DNA of 64,000 nt, taken from IMG/VR virus record IMGVR_UViG_3300011193_000001; one strand, given 5' to 3'. Positions 25,960 to 34,398 of this stretch are shown piece after piece. How positions within the stretch are numbered: position 1 is the stretch's first letter; each line of letters starts with the position of its first letter. The notes under the pieces are model-generated. The model made no database searches. It was given only the letters and a program-made list of their open reading frames with translations, and had not been told where the DNA came from. The stretch is from a virus. Position numbers and translations under genes: made by a program.

Positions 25960-26147
25960 TGAGCGCCGAGCTCCGCAAGGCGCAGCAGGCGTACGGCGCG
26001 GCCCTTCTAGCAGCCGAACGCCTGCGCGCGGCTCGCGACGCGCAGGTCCGGGCCGATCTCGCGGCCGGGTTCCGTCAGCGCGAGGTCATGGACGACACCG
26101 GCCTGTCCCGTGGGCGTGTCGACCAGATCCGCCGCGGCACACGATGA
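25959..26147 (+). CDS. small helix-turn-helix protein, 62 aa
   Basis: TGATG overlap; FRQREVMDDTGLSRGRVDQIRRG looks like an HTH. Confidence 0.5.
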   Translation: MSAELRKAQQAYGAALLAAERLRAARDAQVRADLAAGFRQREVMDDTGLSRGRVDQIRRGTR

Positions 26148-26154
26148 AGCACGT

Positions 26155-26277
26155 TCAGCCCCAGCCGCGGCCGGACTGCTGCATCGCCACGACAGCCGCG
26201 ACGATCAGCCCGTCCAACAGCCGCCCAGGCATCATCGCCATCATCGCCATCATCGCCATCGCCGCCATCGCCGCCAT
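26155..26277 (-). CDS. small hydrophobic ORF, 40 aa, starting inside the 9-bp repeat
   Basis: MAAMAAMAMMAMMAMMPGRLLDGLIVAAVVAM..; very high GC3. Confidence 0.3.
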   Translation of the reverse strand: MAAMAAMAMMAMMAMMPGRLLDGLIVAAVVAMQQSGRGWG

Positions 26278-26282
26278 CGCCG
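26231..26282. repeat. 9-bp tandem repeat (ATCATCGCC x3, ATCGCCGCC x2 plus a partial copy)
   Basis: read directly. Confidence 0.9.
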
Positions 26283-26384
26283 TTCCCCGGCCGCATCGAA
26301 CGTGGCGATCCGAACACCCCACCCCGCGATGCCTGCGGCGAGATAGCCGAGCAGAGCGTTGCGCGCCCGCCTGGCGCGCCTCAT
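26250..26384 (-). CDS. small membrane ORF, 44 aa, ending inside the 9-bp repeat
   Basis: ATGA overlap at 26381-26384; ALLGYLAAGIAGWGV span; tail (RRW)n is encoded by the repeat. Confidence 0.35.
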   Translation of the reverse strand: MRRARRARNALLGYLAAGIAGWGVRIATFDAAGERRWRRWRRWR

Positions 26385-26650
26385 GCCGGCCTCGTGAGCA
26401 TGAACACGACGACATCCTCGGCCGCACCAAGCCCCGTCCAGTACTCGACGTTCGCGCGGTAGACGTCGTGCGCTTCGACGCGCACACATGCCGCGCAGAC
26501 CGTGAACGGATCGCAGCCGTGCAGCTCGCGGCGGCTGGACGTGTAGCCCGCCGCGAATGCCTCCAGATCGTCAACATGGCCGGGCTCGCGTTTGCAGTGC
26601 GCGCAGACCCACGCCGCCCCGGTCGCCGGCAACGCTGGCACGTAGCTCAT
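26381..26650 (-). CDS. Cys-rich hypothetical protein, 89 aa
   Basis: ORF track. Confidence 0.55.
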   Translation of the reverse strand: MSYVPALPATGAAWVCAHCKREPGHVDDLEAFAAGYTSSRRELHGCDPFTVCAACVRVEAHDVYRANVEYWTGLGAAEDVVVFMLTRPA

Positions 26651-26895
26651 CCGCCGACCGGCCTTGCGCCACCGGCCGCGATGTCGTCATCCCATGCCGG
26701 GCTCGGCTCCGGGAAGTCCGGTTCCGGCCCGGCACGTTCGGCCGCGCCGTGCTCCGCCTTGACCTCGTCGCGGAGTACGATCGCGCGTTGGCGAAGCTCG
26801 TCGAGCGGCTTGGATAGCCACCCACCTGCGCTCTCCGCCTCCAGCAGGTCGACCAGCTGGGCAAGCTCACGATCAGCGATCGGTAGCTCGTTCAC
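26647..26895 (-). CDS. hypothetical acidic protein, 82 aa
   Basis: GTGA overlap at 26892-26895. Confidence 0.5.
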   Translation of the reverse strand: MNELPIADRELAQLVDLLEAESAGGWLSKPLDELRQRAIVLRDEVKAEHGAAERAGPEPDFPEPSPAWDDDIAAGGARPVGG

Positions 26896-27080
26896 GCGGC
26901 CCCCCACATGCCGAGTTTCGCCAGCTGCGCGTGGTGCAGCCGTGTGCGCTCGGCCATCAGCGCGTACTGGCGCAACGTCCAGTTACGCGTGTTCTTCCGT
27001 GGATGCTTGCCGGTGACCTTCTCGACCTCGGCGAGCGTTAGCGGAAGCAGGATCGTGTCGGTTCTCGTGTCAGGGATCAT
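26892..27080 (-). CDS. hypothetical protein, 62 aa
   Basis: ATG at 27080 preceded by GAGGAGG. Confidence 0.5.
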   Translation of the reverse strand: MIPDTRTDTILLPLTLAEVEKVTGKHPRKNTRNWTLRQYALMAERTRLHHAQLAKLGMWGAA

Positions 27081-27099
27081 GCGGTCAGCCTCCTCGTGC

Positions 27100-28011
27100 T
27101 CATGTCGGCCACGGCGGCCGGGCGAACCCAACGATGCGGAAGTTGCCGACCGTCGAGCGCTGCCGGCGGAACACGCCGCCCCCGTTGGACTGCGAGCCGC
27201 CGTCGCCCGAGCTCGTGTTGCCCTCCACGGTCTGGTACGTGCCGCCGCCCATCCGCCGCTCGACGATGCCGACGTGGACAGCGGTCGGGCCACCCGGCGT
27301 GTCGAACAATGCAAGGTCGCCCGGCTTGCCGTCCTCGTGCCACGACCAGCCGCCGCGCCCCGCCTTGGCGTGCGCGACGATCGCCGGGGTGTAGCCGATC
27401 GCCCAGCCCTTCCCGTTCTCGCAGCCACCCGCGATGATCACCGCGTTGACAAAGCATCCGCACCACGGGACCGGGGAGCCGTAGCCGCAGATCTGCCACC
27501 ACTGCCGGATCTTCGGGCCGTCGTTCGAGCCGGCCGGGCTCTCCGTCGTCCCGACCTGCGCCGCCGCGAACCTGAGTGCCGACTGGACGCCCTTGCCGGT
27601 CGCGCCAGCCTCCTTCGCGAGCTTGTCGTACACGGCCGGGCCGTCCTTCAGCCGAGCGCGGCGAACCTTCGCGCGCTCGAGCTGCTCGTCGGTGCGCTCG
27701 TCGGGCTCGCGGATCATCTGCTGCAAGCCCTCCGTGCAGACACGGCGGCCCTTGTCCGTCCGAAGGTACGTGTCCGAGCGCGCGCCGAGCCAGTGCGACG
27801 CCTCGATCGCCGCCAGGGCAGCGGCCAGGGTGAACTTGTCGTGCGTCGGCGACGACACGTCGTCCGTTAGGCCGCGCGCTTTCAGCCGGGCGTGCGTCGC
27901 ACGGTTGAGGTTGCCGACGTCGCGGCCGAGCATCGGCTCGTCAACGACAACGAGCTCGCGGTGCACGGTCGGGTCCTCGGAGGGCCTGCGATTCATGTCG
28001 ACGGGGCTCAT
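27100..28011 (-). CDS. endolysin with C-terminal CHAP peptidase domain
   Basis: PWCGCFVN (Cys) .. HVGIVE (His) .. TVEGNTS pattern; sits next to the holin-like gene. Confidence 0.8.
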   Translation of the reverse strand: MSPVDMNRRPSEDPTVHRELVVVDEPMLGRDVGNLNRATHARLKARGLTDDVSSPTHDKFTLAAALAAIEASHWLGARSDTYLRTDKGRRVCTEGLQQMIREPDERTDEQLERAKVRRARLKDGPAVYDKLAKEAGATGKGVQSALRFAAAQVGTTESPAGSNDGPKIRQWWQICGYGSPVPWCGCFVNAVIIAGGCENGKGWAIGYTPAIVAHAKAGRGGWSWHEDGKPGDLALFDTPGGPTAVHVGIVERRMGGGTYQTVEGNTSSGDGGSQSNGGGVFRRQRSTVGNFRIVGFARPPWPT

Positions 28012-28241
28012 GGCCTCGCGTCCTTCGTGCTGTAGCCGGCGCCGAGCGCGGCGATGAGTACAACCGCGATAGCTCCGGCTGTCTCCTCGTCGACCCCGAG
28101 CACGTAGGCGATGACGATGCCGAGTGCGCCAGCGATGCCGGTCGCGGCAATCTTGCGTGTCGGCTTGGCCGACTCCTGCGATGCGAGCATGGTTGAGGGC
28201 ATGCGTCGAAAGCTAGCGTGCGGGGATGACAGACCGTCCAT
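28008..28241 (-). CDS. holin-like two-TM protein (start uncertain: 28241, 28202 or 28190)
   Basis: IAATGIAGALGIVIAYVLG and AIAVVLIAALGAG spans; immediately upstream of the lysin. Confidence 0.55.
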   Translation of the reverse strand: MDGLSSPHASFRRMPSTMLASQESAKPTRKIAATGIAGALGIVIAYVLGVDEETAGAIAVVLIAALGAGYSTKDARP

Positions 28242-28254
28242 TGTGTGCTAGGTT
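28226..28254 (+). promoter_or_regulatory. candidate promoter of the plus-strand island
   Basis: ATGACA-17 nt-TAGGTT; about 35 nt upstream of GGAGGAG + ATG 28292. Confidence 0.35.
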
Positions 28255-28291
28255 TGGCCGCGTAGCCGTTCATCGACCAGGAGGAGTAGAC

Positions 28292-28501
28292 ATGCCGCGA
28301 ACCCTCACCGATCCGACTACGGGCGAAAGCCTCTGCCGGCATTGCCAGACCCCCACCGACGATGGCGGTACATGCGACTGTGACGGCGCGACCGTCGTCC
28401 TGCTGACCGATCTGCTAGCCGCCCTCCGCGGGCGCCGCCCCGTCACGGCGGACGATCTCGCCGAGGCTGACTCGTGGCTCGACGTGGCGTGGCTGTCATG
28501 A
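28292..28501 (+). CDS. Cys-rich mini-protein, 69 aa
   Basis: GGAGGAG Shine-Dalgarno; CRHC..CDCDG. Confidence 0.55.
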   Translation: MPRTLTDPTTGESLCRHCQTPTDDGGTCDCDGATVVLLTDLLAALRGRRPVTADDLAEADSWLDVAWLS

Positions 28502-28776
28502 CGATCAAGCAGCGCAAGCGTCGCCACGCCCGCCGCCGTGCCCATGCCGCGGGTGTCAGCCGCGCGATCGGGCGGCCCGTGCCGCGGCCACAGCCCTTGA
28601 CGCCGTCCGTTGCCGCGGCCGAAGTCGTCGCCGAGCTTCAACGGGAGAACGCCCTCCGGTTGCTCACCGTCGCGAAGCTCCAGGCGCTCGCCACTCGCCG
28701 CGGCGTGGAGTACCGGGCGAAGGATCGCAAGGCCGACCTCATCGCGAAGATCATGGCCGCAGGGACGCCGTCATGA
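28498..28776 (+). CDS. basic protein with C-terminal Rho_N/SAP-like motif, 92 aa
   Basis: ATGA overlap; LTVAKLQALATRRGVEYRAKDRKADLIAKI. Confidence 0.5.
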   Translation: MTIKQRKRRHARRRAHAAGVSRAIGRPVPRPQPLTPSVAAAEVVAELQRENALRLLTVAKLQALATRRGVEYRAKDRKADLIAKIMAAGTPS

Positions 28777-29057
28777 GCCCGGTCTGGCACCACCACATCA
28801 CCGGCCTGCACCCGCTCAAAGTCGGGTACCAGGACGGAACGCTCACGTTCGAGCAGTCGCGAGACCAGCAGGTCGCGGTACTTCGCGCGGCCCCGTGCTA
28901 CTCGTCAGCAGACACGGAGTCGGACCCGTGGTCGTTCTCGGGCATCGTGGACGATGCCCTTGCGACCGCCGACGACGAGGACGAGTTCGACGCGGCCCTC
29001 AGCATGCTGTACGACGTGTGCGACCGTGACCGCATTTGGCTGGATCCGGTCTCATGA
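28773..29057 (+). CDS. acidic hypothetical protein, 94 aa
   Basis: ORF track; ATGA coupling. Confidence 0.55.
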   Translation: MSPVWHHHITGLHPLKVGYQDGTLTFEQSRDQQVAVLRAAPCYSSADTESDPWSFSGIVDDALATADDEDEFDAALSMLYDVCDRDRIWLDPVS

Positions 29058-29293
29058 TCGCCGCCACGGACTACGCGGCGCTACGAGCCGCGCGACGCAC
29101 CCTGACCGACACGGCCGAGGCGCTGTTCGCAGCGGTCGGTGAAGCGCGGCCGATGGCGTCGAGCGACATGACGCGCGTCGCCGTTCTCTGCGAACTGGCC
29201 GAGACGGCCCTGTTCGATGCGCTGAACACGGCCGCGCATCATCTCGACGACGCGGAGTCGGCAGCGTCGCTGTTCCCGGACGCGCCGTCATGA
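29054..29293 (+). CDS. hypothetical protein, 79 aa
   Basis: ATGA overlap at 29054-29057. Confidence 0.5.
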   Translation: MIAATDYAALRAARRTLTDTAEALFAAVGEARPMASSDMTRVAVLCELAETALFDALNTAAHHLDDAESAASLFPDAPS

Positions 29294-29454
29294 CGAACGC
29301 TCAGCGTGCCGTGGCCCGCCAGCGCCTTGAGGACTTGCGCGGCGACGCGATCGACGTGCGGGACGAAACGCCGGCCGACTCGTACACGTATGGTCATCTT
29401 GTCGTGATCGTCCGTGAGTACGACGCGGCGATCGATGAGTTGAGGTTCCCGTGA
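29290..29454 (+). CDS. small ORF, 54 aa
   Basis: ATGA overlap at 29290-29293; good codon usage; below track cutoff. Confidence 0.45.
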   Translation: MTNAQRAVARQRLEDLRGDAIDVRDETPADSYTYGHLVVIVREYDAAIDELRFP

Positions 29455-29470
29455 CCGGCGACAAGATGGC

Positions 29471-29499
29471 TTGACACTGCGCCGCGCGTCAGGTAACCT
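29471..29499 (+). promoter_or_regulatory. internal promoter; leaderless start
   Basis: TTGACA-17 nt-TAACCT-6 nt-ATG(29506). Confidence 0.6.
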
Positions 29500-29505
29500 T
29501 GTCGC

Positions 29506-29823
29506 ATGACAACGACCGAGGAGCCCGCCATGACCAGCGCCGTCTTCATCACCGACGCCGACTTCAACGACCTCATCACCGGCGCCGCGACGTTCGGCAC
29601 GAAGCATCACCCGTCCGGCGCTCCCGTCGACCTGGACCCGAACTGGTTCAGCGGTCAGAATCTCAGCGCCCTGAACGCGGGCAAAGTCGTCACCGCGAAC
29701 GGCGTCCGCGTCGCGTACCCGCGTTGGCCGTCGCCGCGCGACCTGCACTTCGGCACGACCCTCGGCACGCGGCCCGCGGAGATCCTGGCGCGCGAGCTCA
29801 AGCATGCGAGCGTGCCCGCATGA
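29506..29823 (+). CDS. hypothetical protein, 105 aa
   Basis: ORF track; leaderless position. Confidence 0.55.
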   Translation: MTTTEEPAMTSAVFITDADFNDLITGAATFGTKHHPSGAPVDLDPNWFSGQNLSALNAGKVVTANGVRVAYPRWPSPRDLHFGTTLGTRPAEILARELKHASVPA

Positions 29824-30023
29824 GTGCGGCGGCTGCCTACCTCTCGACTGGCGGCCCGGCACTGCGCCAGCTCGCCACCATCCCCGAGCGCCGCGCGGCC
29901 CTCGAAGCGGAAGCCCGTAAGCTCGTCGCCGAGGCGCGCGCGGCCGGTGTGTCGTGGCCGCAGATCGGTGCGGCTCTCGGCACGACCAAGCAAGCCGCGA
30001 ACGAACGGTACGGGCCGGGCTGA
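29820..30023 (+). CDS. small helix-turn-helix protein, 67 aa
   Basis: ATGA overlap; AGVSWPQIGAALGTTKQAANERYG. Confidence 0.55.
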   Translation: MSAAAAYLSTGGPALRQLATIPERRAALEAEARKLVAEARAAGVSWPQIGAALGTTKQAANERYGPG

Positions 30024-30514
30024 TGTTCGCGCGGCTGTTGCTCTTCGTGCTGGTGGTCTTGGCCGCGGTGCCATCGAACGCGCAGGCGGGGCCGCCGCCA
30101 GCCGAGCGCGCGCTGACGAGCCGCCTTGCCGTCGATTCCCTCAAGATCGCCGCAGCATTCTGGCGGTCGGATCTATCCGATGTCCGCGTCTTCGCCGTAG
30201 ACATCCGGCTCATCTGGGCAGCCACCGGCAACCCCAGCGCCGCAGCAACTGCGGATGCCGCCATGCGGGCCGTGTGGATCGCGGAAGGCAGCAGCTCGCA
30301 GTACCTCGTCCGCATCGCCGCTTGCTCCGAGGTCGTCCACGAAGCCGGGCACGTCCTCGGCGTCGAGCACTCCGCGGCACCACGATCGATCATGGGCACC
30401 GAACTATCAGACCGCGAAGTCGTCTACGAGTGCTACCGCCGATTCCTGCCGCCGGGGAAGATGCGCGAGTGGCGCGAGAACGCTGACGGCCCGGCAATCT
30501 GGATGACGCGCTAG
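30023..30514 (+). CDS. secreted small zinc metalloprotease (metzincin-type)
   Basis: signal peptide MFARLLLFVLVVLAAVPSNAQA; HEAGHVLGVEH = HExxHxxGxxH. Confidence 0.7.
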   Translation: MFARLLLFVLVVLAAVPSNAQAGPPPAERALTSRLAVDSLKIAAAFWRSDLSDVRVFAVDIRLIWAATGNPSAAATADAAMRAVWIAEGSSSQYLVRIAACSEVVHEAGHVLGVEHSAAPRSIMGTELSDREVVYECYRRFLPPGKMREWRENADGPAIWMTR

Positions 30515-31278
30515 CCCAGCCGGACCGGCGTCAAGCTCAACAGCCGGCCATCGAACGTGCCGCTACCGCCGACGGAGCGCACCTTGGCTGTCACGACGGC
30601 CCCGCCAGTGATCGTCTTCAGGATCCCCGACCGGGCCAGAGAGCCAGTCCCCGCGATGTGGTCACCGATATCTGCCGCGGTAGCCCCCACAGAGAACGAC
30701 TGGTCCGTCCCCGTCCCGGACATAAACGCTTCGTGTGCCACGAGCCACACGCCCGTAACGGGACAGGTGACGGACAAGATGGTCGCCAGATTGCTGTAGT
30801 TCGTCGTGCTGCCGCCGGTGCTTTCCTGCAATACCGCGCGCCCGATCAACGGCGCCGCGGAGATCACCGCCCACTTGCTTGACCCGCTCAGCGACGAGTC
30901 GTAGCGCAGCAGGTACGGCGGCACCCCTGCCGTGACCATCGCGGCTGTCTGAAACAGGATCTCCATGCCCGCGTCGAGCCCCGCCCCGGTGCCGCTCGCG
31001 GTCGGCAACACCGCGAACAAGCCATCTTTCACGGTCACCCACGCCGTGCCCGTGTCGCGATCGATGCCGCCATCCCCCGTCGACAGGTACTCGCGGCCAA
31101 CCTTGCCGGGCGTCCCCGGCGTCGACACAGGCCGCGAACCGCGCGCGCCCGCACCGAAGATCATCGACACCGCCTCATGGCGGGCAACCATCGCCTGCGC
31201 GACCGCGGGGTAATCCTCGATCTGATCGCCGTCGGACGGCGCGATCAGGCCAAGACGACTGGATGCGGGCTCAGGCAT
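30511..31278 (-). CDS. tail fibre / receptor-binding candidate, 255 aa
   Basis: last gene of the tail operon; Gly/Ser/Thr-rich; GAGGAG Shine-Dalgarno. Confidence 0.45.
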   Translation of the reverse strand: MPEPASSRLGLIAPSDGDQIEDYPAVAQAMVARHEAVSMIFGAGARGSRPVSTPGTPGKVGREYLSTGDGGIDRDTGTAWVTVKDGLFAVLPTASGTGAGLDAGMEILFQTAAMVTAGVPPYLLRYDSSLSGSSKWAVISAAPLIGRAVLQESTGGSTTNYSNLATILSVTCPVTGVWLVAHEAFMSGTGTDQSFSVGATAADIGDHIAGTGSLARSGILKTITGGAVVTAKVRSVGGSGTFDGRLLSLTPVRLG

Positions 31279-31289
31279 GGCGGGCTCCT

Positions 31290-31904
31290 CTACGTAACAT
31301 CGGCTGGCTCAACATCGCCCCACAGAACGCCCGACCCGACCGCGTTCCACGCGAGCACTCCCTCGCTCCACAGCGCGGCATCCGAGATGATGTGTTCAAT
31401 GATGTCGCCCTCGGGCTTCCCCGCTGCGATCGCCGCGAGCACCGCCGGCACGTCTGGGGTCTCATCGGTCCGCGTGATGACGTAGTGGCGCCACGCCGAA
31501 CCGCCGACGCGCTCCACGATCCGGACGCTCTTCGATCCCGTCAACACCGCCTTCACCGCGGCGATCGTCGCGCTCGGGCGGCCGCGATCCTTCCCGGCCC
31601 TCCGGCGAACCTCATCACGCTGCTGCTCATCAGGGGCGCCAACCGTCGGCTTTACCCCGACGATCTGCCCGAGATACCCGAACCCCGCGGACGCCGGCAG
31701 CCGCTCAATGTCGAGCATCTGAGAGTAGCCTGGGCGACCGTCCCGGTCCTCGAACAGATCCATAGCCGCGACACGCATCAGCCCGAGCGCGTTGGACACG
31801 TGAGCGAGGACGTAGCCGCGCGGCTCGTCCAGGTCGTCCGCGAGCTGCCACAGTTCCTCGTACAACTCGGCGCCACCGAGGTTCATCGCGGGGAGCGGGC
31901 TCAC
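31290..31904 (-). CDS. baseplate/tail protein (P2 gpI / DUF2313-like by position)
   Basis: GTGA overlap at 31901-31904; follows the baseplate J region. Confidence 0.4.
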   Translation of the reverse strand: MSPLPAMNLGGAELYEELWQLADDLDEPRGYVLAHVSNALGLMRVAAMDLFEDRDGRPGYSQMLDIERLPASAGFGYLGQIVGVKPTVGAPDEQQRDEVRRRAGKDRGRPSATIAAVKAVLTGSKSVRIVERVGGSAWRHYVITRTDETPDVPAVLAAIAAGKPEGDIIEHIISDAALWSEGVLAWNAVGSGVLWGDVEPADVT

Positions 31905-32545
31905 AACAGTTTCCCCTCGTAGCGCCACAGGATCTCGCGCGCCCACGCGCAGGCCTCGTCAACTGTCAGCCCTCGCTTATGGGCGCCGACCCTCAGCTCA
32001 AGATTCTCCAGACGGTTGTCGTCACGGACACCGTTGCGATGGTGGACCGTCTCTCCGGGCGCGAGTGGCCGGCCGAGGTGGTTGGCCATGACAAGCCGGT
32101 GCTCGAAGATCTGGCCGTTGCAGTTGAGGGCGTTGGGATGGCCTACCGAGTGCACAACCCGATAGCCCTCATAGTTGAGGGAGCCGACGGGCGGCTTACG
32201 AGCCCCTTTGAGCGGGTCCCCGTGCTTCTTCGCCCTGGCCCAGTGCATGTCGCACAGACCGCGCCCTGCGACGAACCTGTCGCAGCCATCCACCGTGCAA
32301 CGGTTGCGCCGTCTGACGGTTTTGAGTGGATCGCCGTGCTTCAGCCATCTGCAGTAGTGCGTCGTGCACCATCCCCGCGCTGCATTCGCCGTCGTCTTCT
32401 CGCAGCCCTCGATTGCGCAGGTGCGCGATCTGGTCGCCGCGGACTTCTTGCAGCACGCGCGGCATTCGGTGCCGCCTGGGTAGAACGACCGGCGAGCCTT
32501 GCTCTGCCCGCACCGCGAGCAACGGAGGTACGCTTCGTTTGTCAT
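31901..32545 (-). CDS. HNH homing-type endonuclease
   Basis: repeated GWCxxHYxRWxKHGDP-like units and C-terminal [21 protein letters not shown]. Confidence 0.75.
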   Translation of the reverse strand: MTNEAYLRCSRCGQSKARRSFYPGGTECRACCKKSAATRSRTCAIEGCEKTTANAARGWCTTHYCRWLKHGDPLKTVRRRNRCTVDGCDRFVAGRGLCDMHWARAKKHGDPLKGARKPPVGSLNYEGYRVVHSVGHPNALNCNGQIFEHRLVMANHLGRPLAPGETVHHRNGVRDDNRLENLELRVGAHKRGLTVDEACAWAREILWRYEGKLL

Positions 32546-32625
32546 GAGGCCACATCCTCGTGCCCGGCCCCGGAGCGTTAGCGCGCTGCCGGGGCGATTT
32601 CTGTTGGGGACCATGGTAGTGCAGG

Positions 32626-34023
32626 TCACGGCGCTGTCGCCGTTCCCGAGATGGTTCCCGGTCGCGTCAAGGGAGCGGGTCCCGGCAGCGCCACATCGGC
32701 CGTCTGCGGACTGCGTACCGTCCCGCTGGTGATGTCCGTCGTGAGATTGATCGCGCCGCCGCCAGCGGTCGCGGCCACCTTGTAGGTATCGCCGCTGGCG
32801 TCCCGCGCGTAGTACGTCGTGCCGTTCACGAGTGGGGCGCCGCCGGCCAGCCCCGCGAACACCACCGGGGTGTTGAGCACGAAGGTGTGCGCGACCGTCG
32901 TCAGAACATCGGTCGCTTCAACGGCGGTCACGTCGAAGACCCGTGCAATCGTCAGCGACGTGATCCTGTCGATTGGCTCCACGGCGTTGATGACCGACAC
33001 GACCTCGTACAGGTAGACCGCCGCAAGGGCTCGCCATTCGTCGCCGTCCGAGTTCGCCGAAGTGCTCCAGACGAGCGGGTCAAGGTACGTCGTCAGTGCC
33101 GCGTTCGTGACCTCTTCCGCCGCGTCAGGATCGAAGCCGGCGTGAACGATCGCGGTCCATGCCACATCGATCAGGGCATAATCTGCGTCGATCACGTCTG
33201 TCTCGAACCCCCATGTGCGCCGCGACTCCAGCAGCGCGACAGCGAGCGCCTTGACCCCGGATCCGAGCGGTTCGCCCTCAAGGTCTGTAGCGGCGATCGG
33301 GTTGAACTTCTCGTGCCCGAACGTGCCGAGCGCCGGATCGTAGTTGTCGAGCGCGAGGGTACGGCCAACACCTGGGATCAGGGCTTTCACGAGCGCCGCG
33401 GCGTCCGACGCGAGGATCGGCGAGTCATGCGACAACGCCCGCAACGCAATCCACTGCGACAAGTGCTCATCGTCGGTCTGCGCGTCCACGCCGCCCGTCG
33501 TCAACTCCTCAAGCGTCACCGACTCGATCCATGCGAGCGCGTCGACCGGCTCCACGTCGCTGTCCTCTGGCAAGCCCGACCCGGCCGCGCCGGCGGTCTC
33601 GGCGATCAGGACAACCTCGCCCACCCCAGTAGATGTCGACAGCGGCGCGATGGTCGTGTCGCCGACCGCGACGAACACCTGGCCCTCATCGCCGCTCGTC
33701 GCGATCTCGAACCGGTCACCGTCCCGGACCGTGTAGCCGAGATTGTCGACCGCGACGACCGTAGCCGTCGTCTGCGCCGATGTCGCAAGGCCCGGTGCGA
33801 GCCCGTCAACCCACAACGCGAGCCACCTGAGCGCCTCATACGACATTTCCGACGCCGTCTCGTTCCCTTGTGCCGCGATCCGTGCGTCCGCAGCGACGAG
33901 CTGCGTCATCGCATCGCCGCGAGACCTGTTCCAGCCGGGGAATGCGGCCTCCAGGTAGTCGTACGCGAGGGCCGCGAGCTCGTCCGGATCCGTTGTGAGC
34001 AGCACACCGATCGCCGGGGGCAT
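32626..34023 (-). CDS. baseplate J-like protein
   Basis: size, position after gpW and N-terminal pattern of the Baseplate_J family. Confidence 0.7.
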   Translation of the reverse strand: MPPAIGVLLTTDPDELAALAYDYLEAAFPGWNRSRGDAMTQLVAADARIAAQGNETASEMSYEALRWLALWVDGLAPGLATSAQTTATVVAVDNLGYTVRDGDRFEIATSGDEGQVFVAVGDTTIAPLSTSTGVGEVVLIAETAGAAGSGLPEDSDVEPVDALAWIESVTLEELTTGGVDAQTDDEHLSQWIALRALSHDSPILASDAAALVKALIPGVGRTLALDNYDPALGTFGHEKFNPIAATDLEGEPLGSGVKALAVALLESRRTWGFETDVIDADYALIDVAWTAIVHAGFDPDAAEEVTNAALTTYLDPLVWSTSANSDGDEWRALAAVYLYEVVSVINAVEPIDRITSLTIARVFDVTAVEATDVLTTVAHTFVLNTPVVFAGLAGGAPLVNGTTYYARDASGDTYKVAATAGGGAINLTTDITSGTVRSPQTADVALPGPAPLTRPGTISGTATAP

Positions 34024-34358
34024 CAGTTCTCCTCGCCGACGTGCAAGTGGATCGTGTCCGTGCGGCTCGACAACGGGATGTAGCCGGGCGTGTCGTGGCC
34101 ATCATCGCCGGGCCGCGTGATCGTGACCGGAATGTCCGGCTCCGAGATGCCGATCGCCGCGGCCAGCATGTCGATGTTCACGCCGCCCGCGCGCTCGAGG
34201 TCTCGCGGGATCCCGAACTTCGGGTCGTCGAGCCGGGATCCGCGCGGGGTGCGGACGAGGACGTGGATGCGGTCGCGCATGTGCCGGATGCTGTCCTGCT
34301 CGACCTCCGCGAACTCGCCGTCGGCGAACTCAAAGGGGAACGCGAGATGCCGAGTCAT
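34023..34358 (-). CDS. baseplate wedge protein gpW/gp25-like
   Basis: FPFEF..DSIRHMRDRIHVLVRTPRGSRLDDPKFG. Confidence 0.7.
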   Translation of the reverse strand: MTRHLAFPFEFADGEFAEVEQDSIRHMRDRIHVLVRTPRGSRLDDPKFGIPRDLERAGGVNIDMLAAAIGISEPDIPVTITRPGDDGHDTPGYIPLSSRTDTIHLHVGEEN

Positions 34359-34398
34359 GCCGTGCCCATCGTCGCGGCAACCCGTGGCGCTAGGTGCA

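Noticed and set aside
25778-27016. A 412-aa plus-strand ORF, including an ATGA-coupled start at 26144 (MKHVQPQ..GIIAIIAIIAIAAIAAIAV).
   Set aside because: It has no stop for about 870 nt and would run antisense through three credible minus-strand genes. Beyond the repeat its sequence is Arg/Ser-rich filler.
29239-30399. A 386-aa minus-strand ORF across the plus-strand island.
   Set aside because: It is an Arg/Ala/Pro-rich antisense shadow of well-coupled plus-strand genes. It has no start context and no recognisable motifs.
30509-30514. The stop codons of two convergent genes overlap inside a GCTAGC palindrome. GCTAGC also occurs near several promoters.
   Set aside because: The hexamer also occurs inside ordinary coding regions (for example near 20829 and 50965). 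There are too few copies and no consistent spacing to call it an operator.
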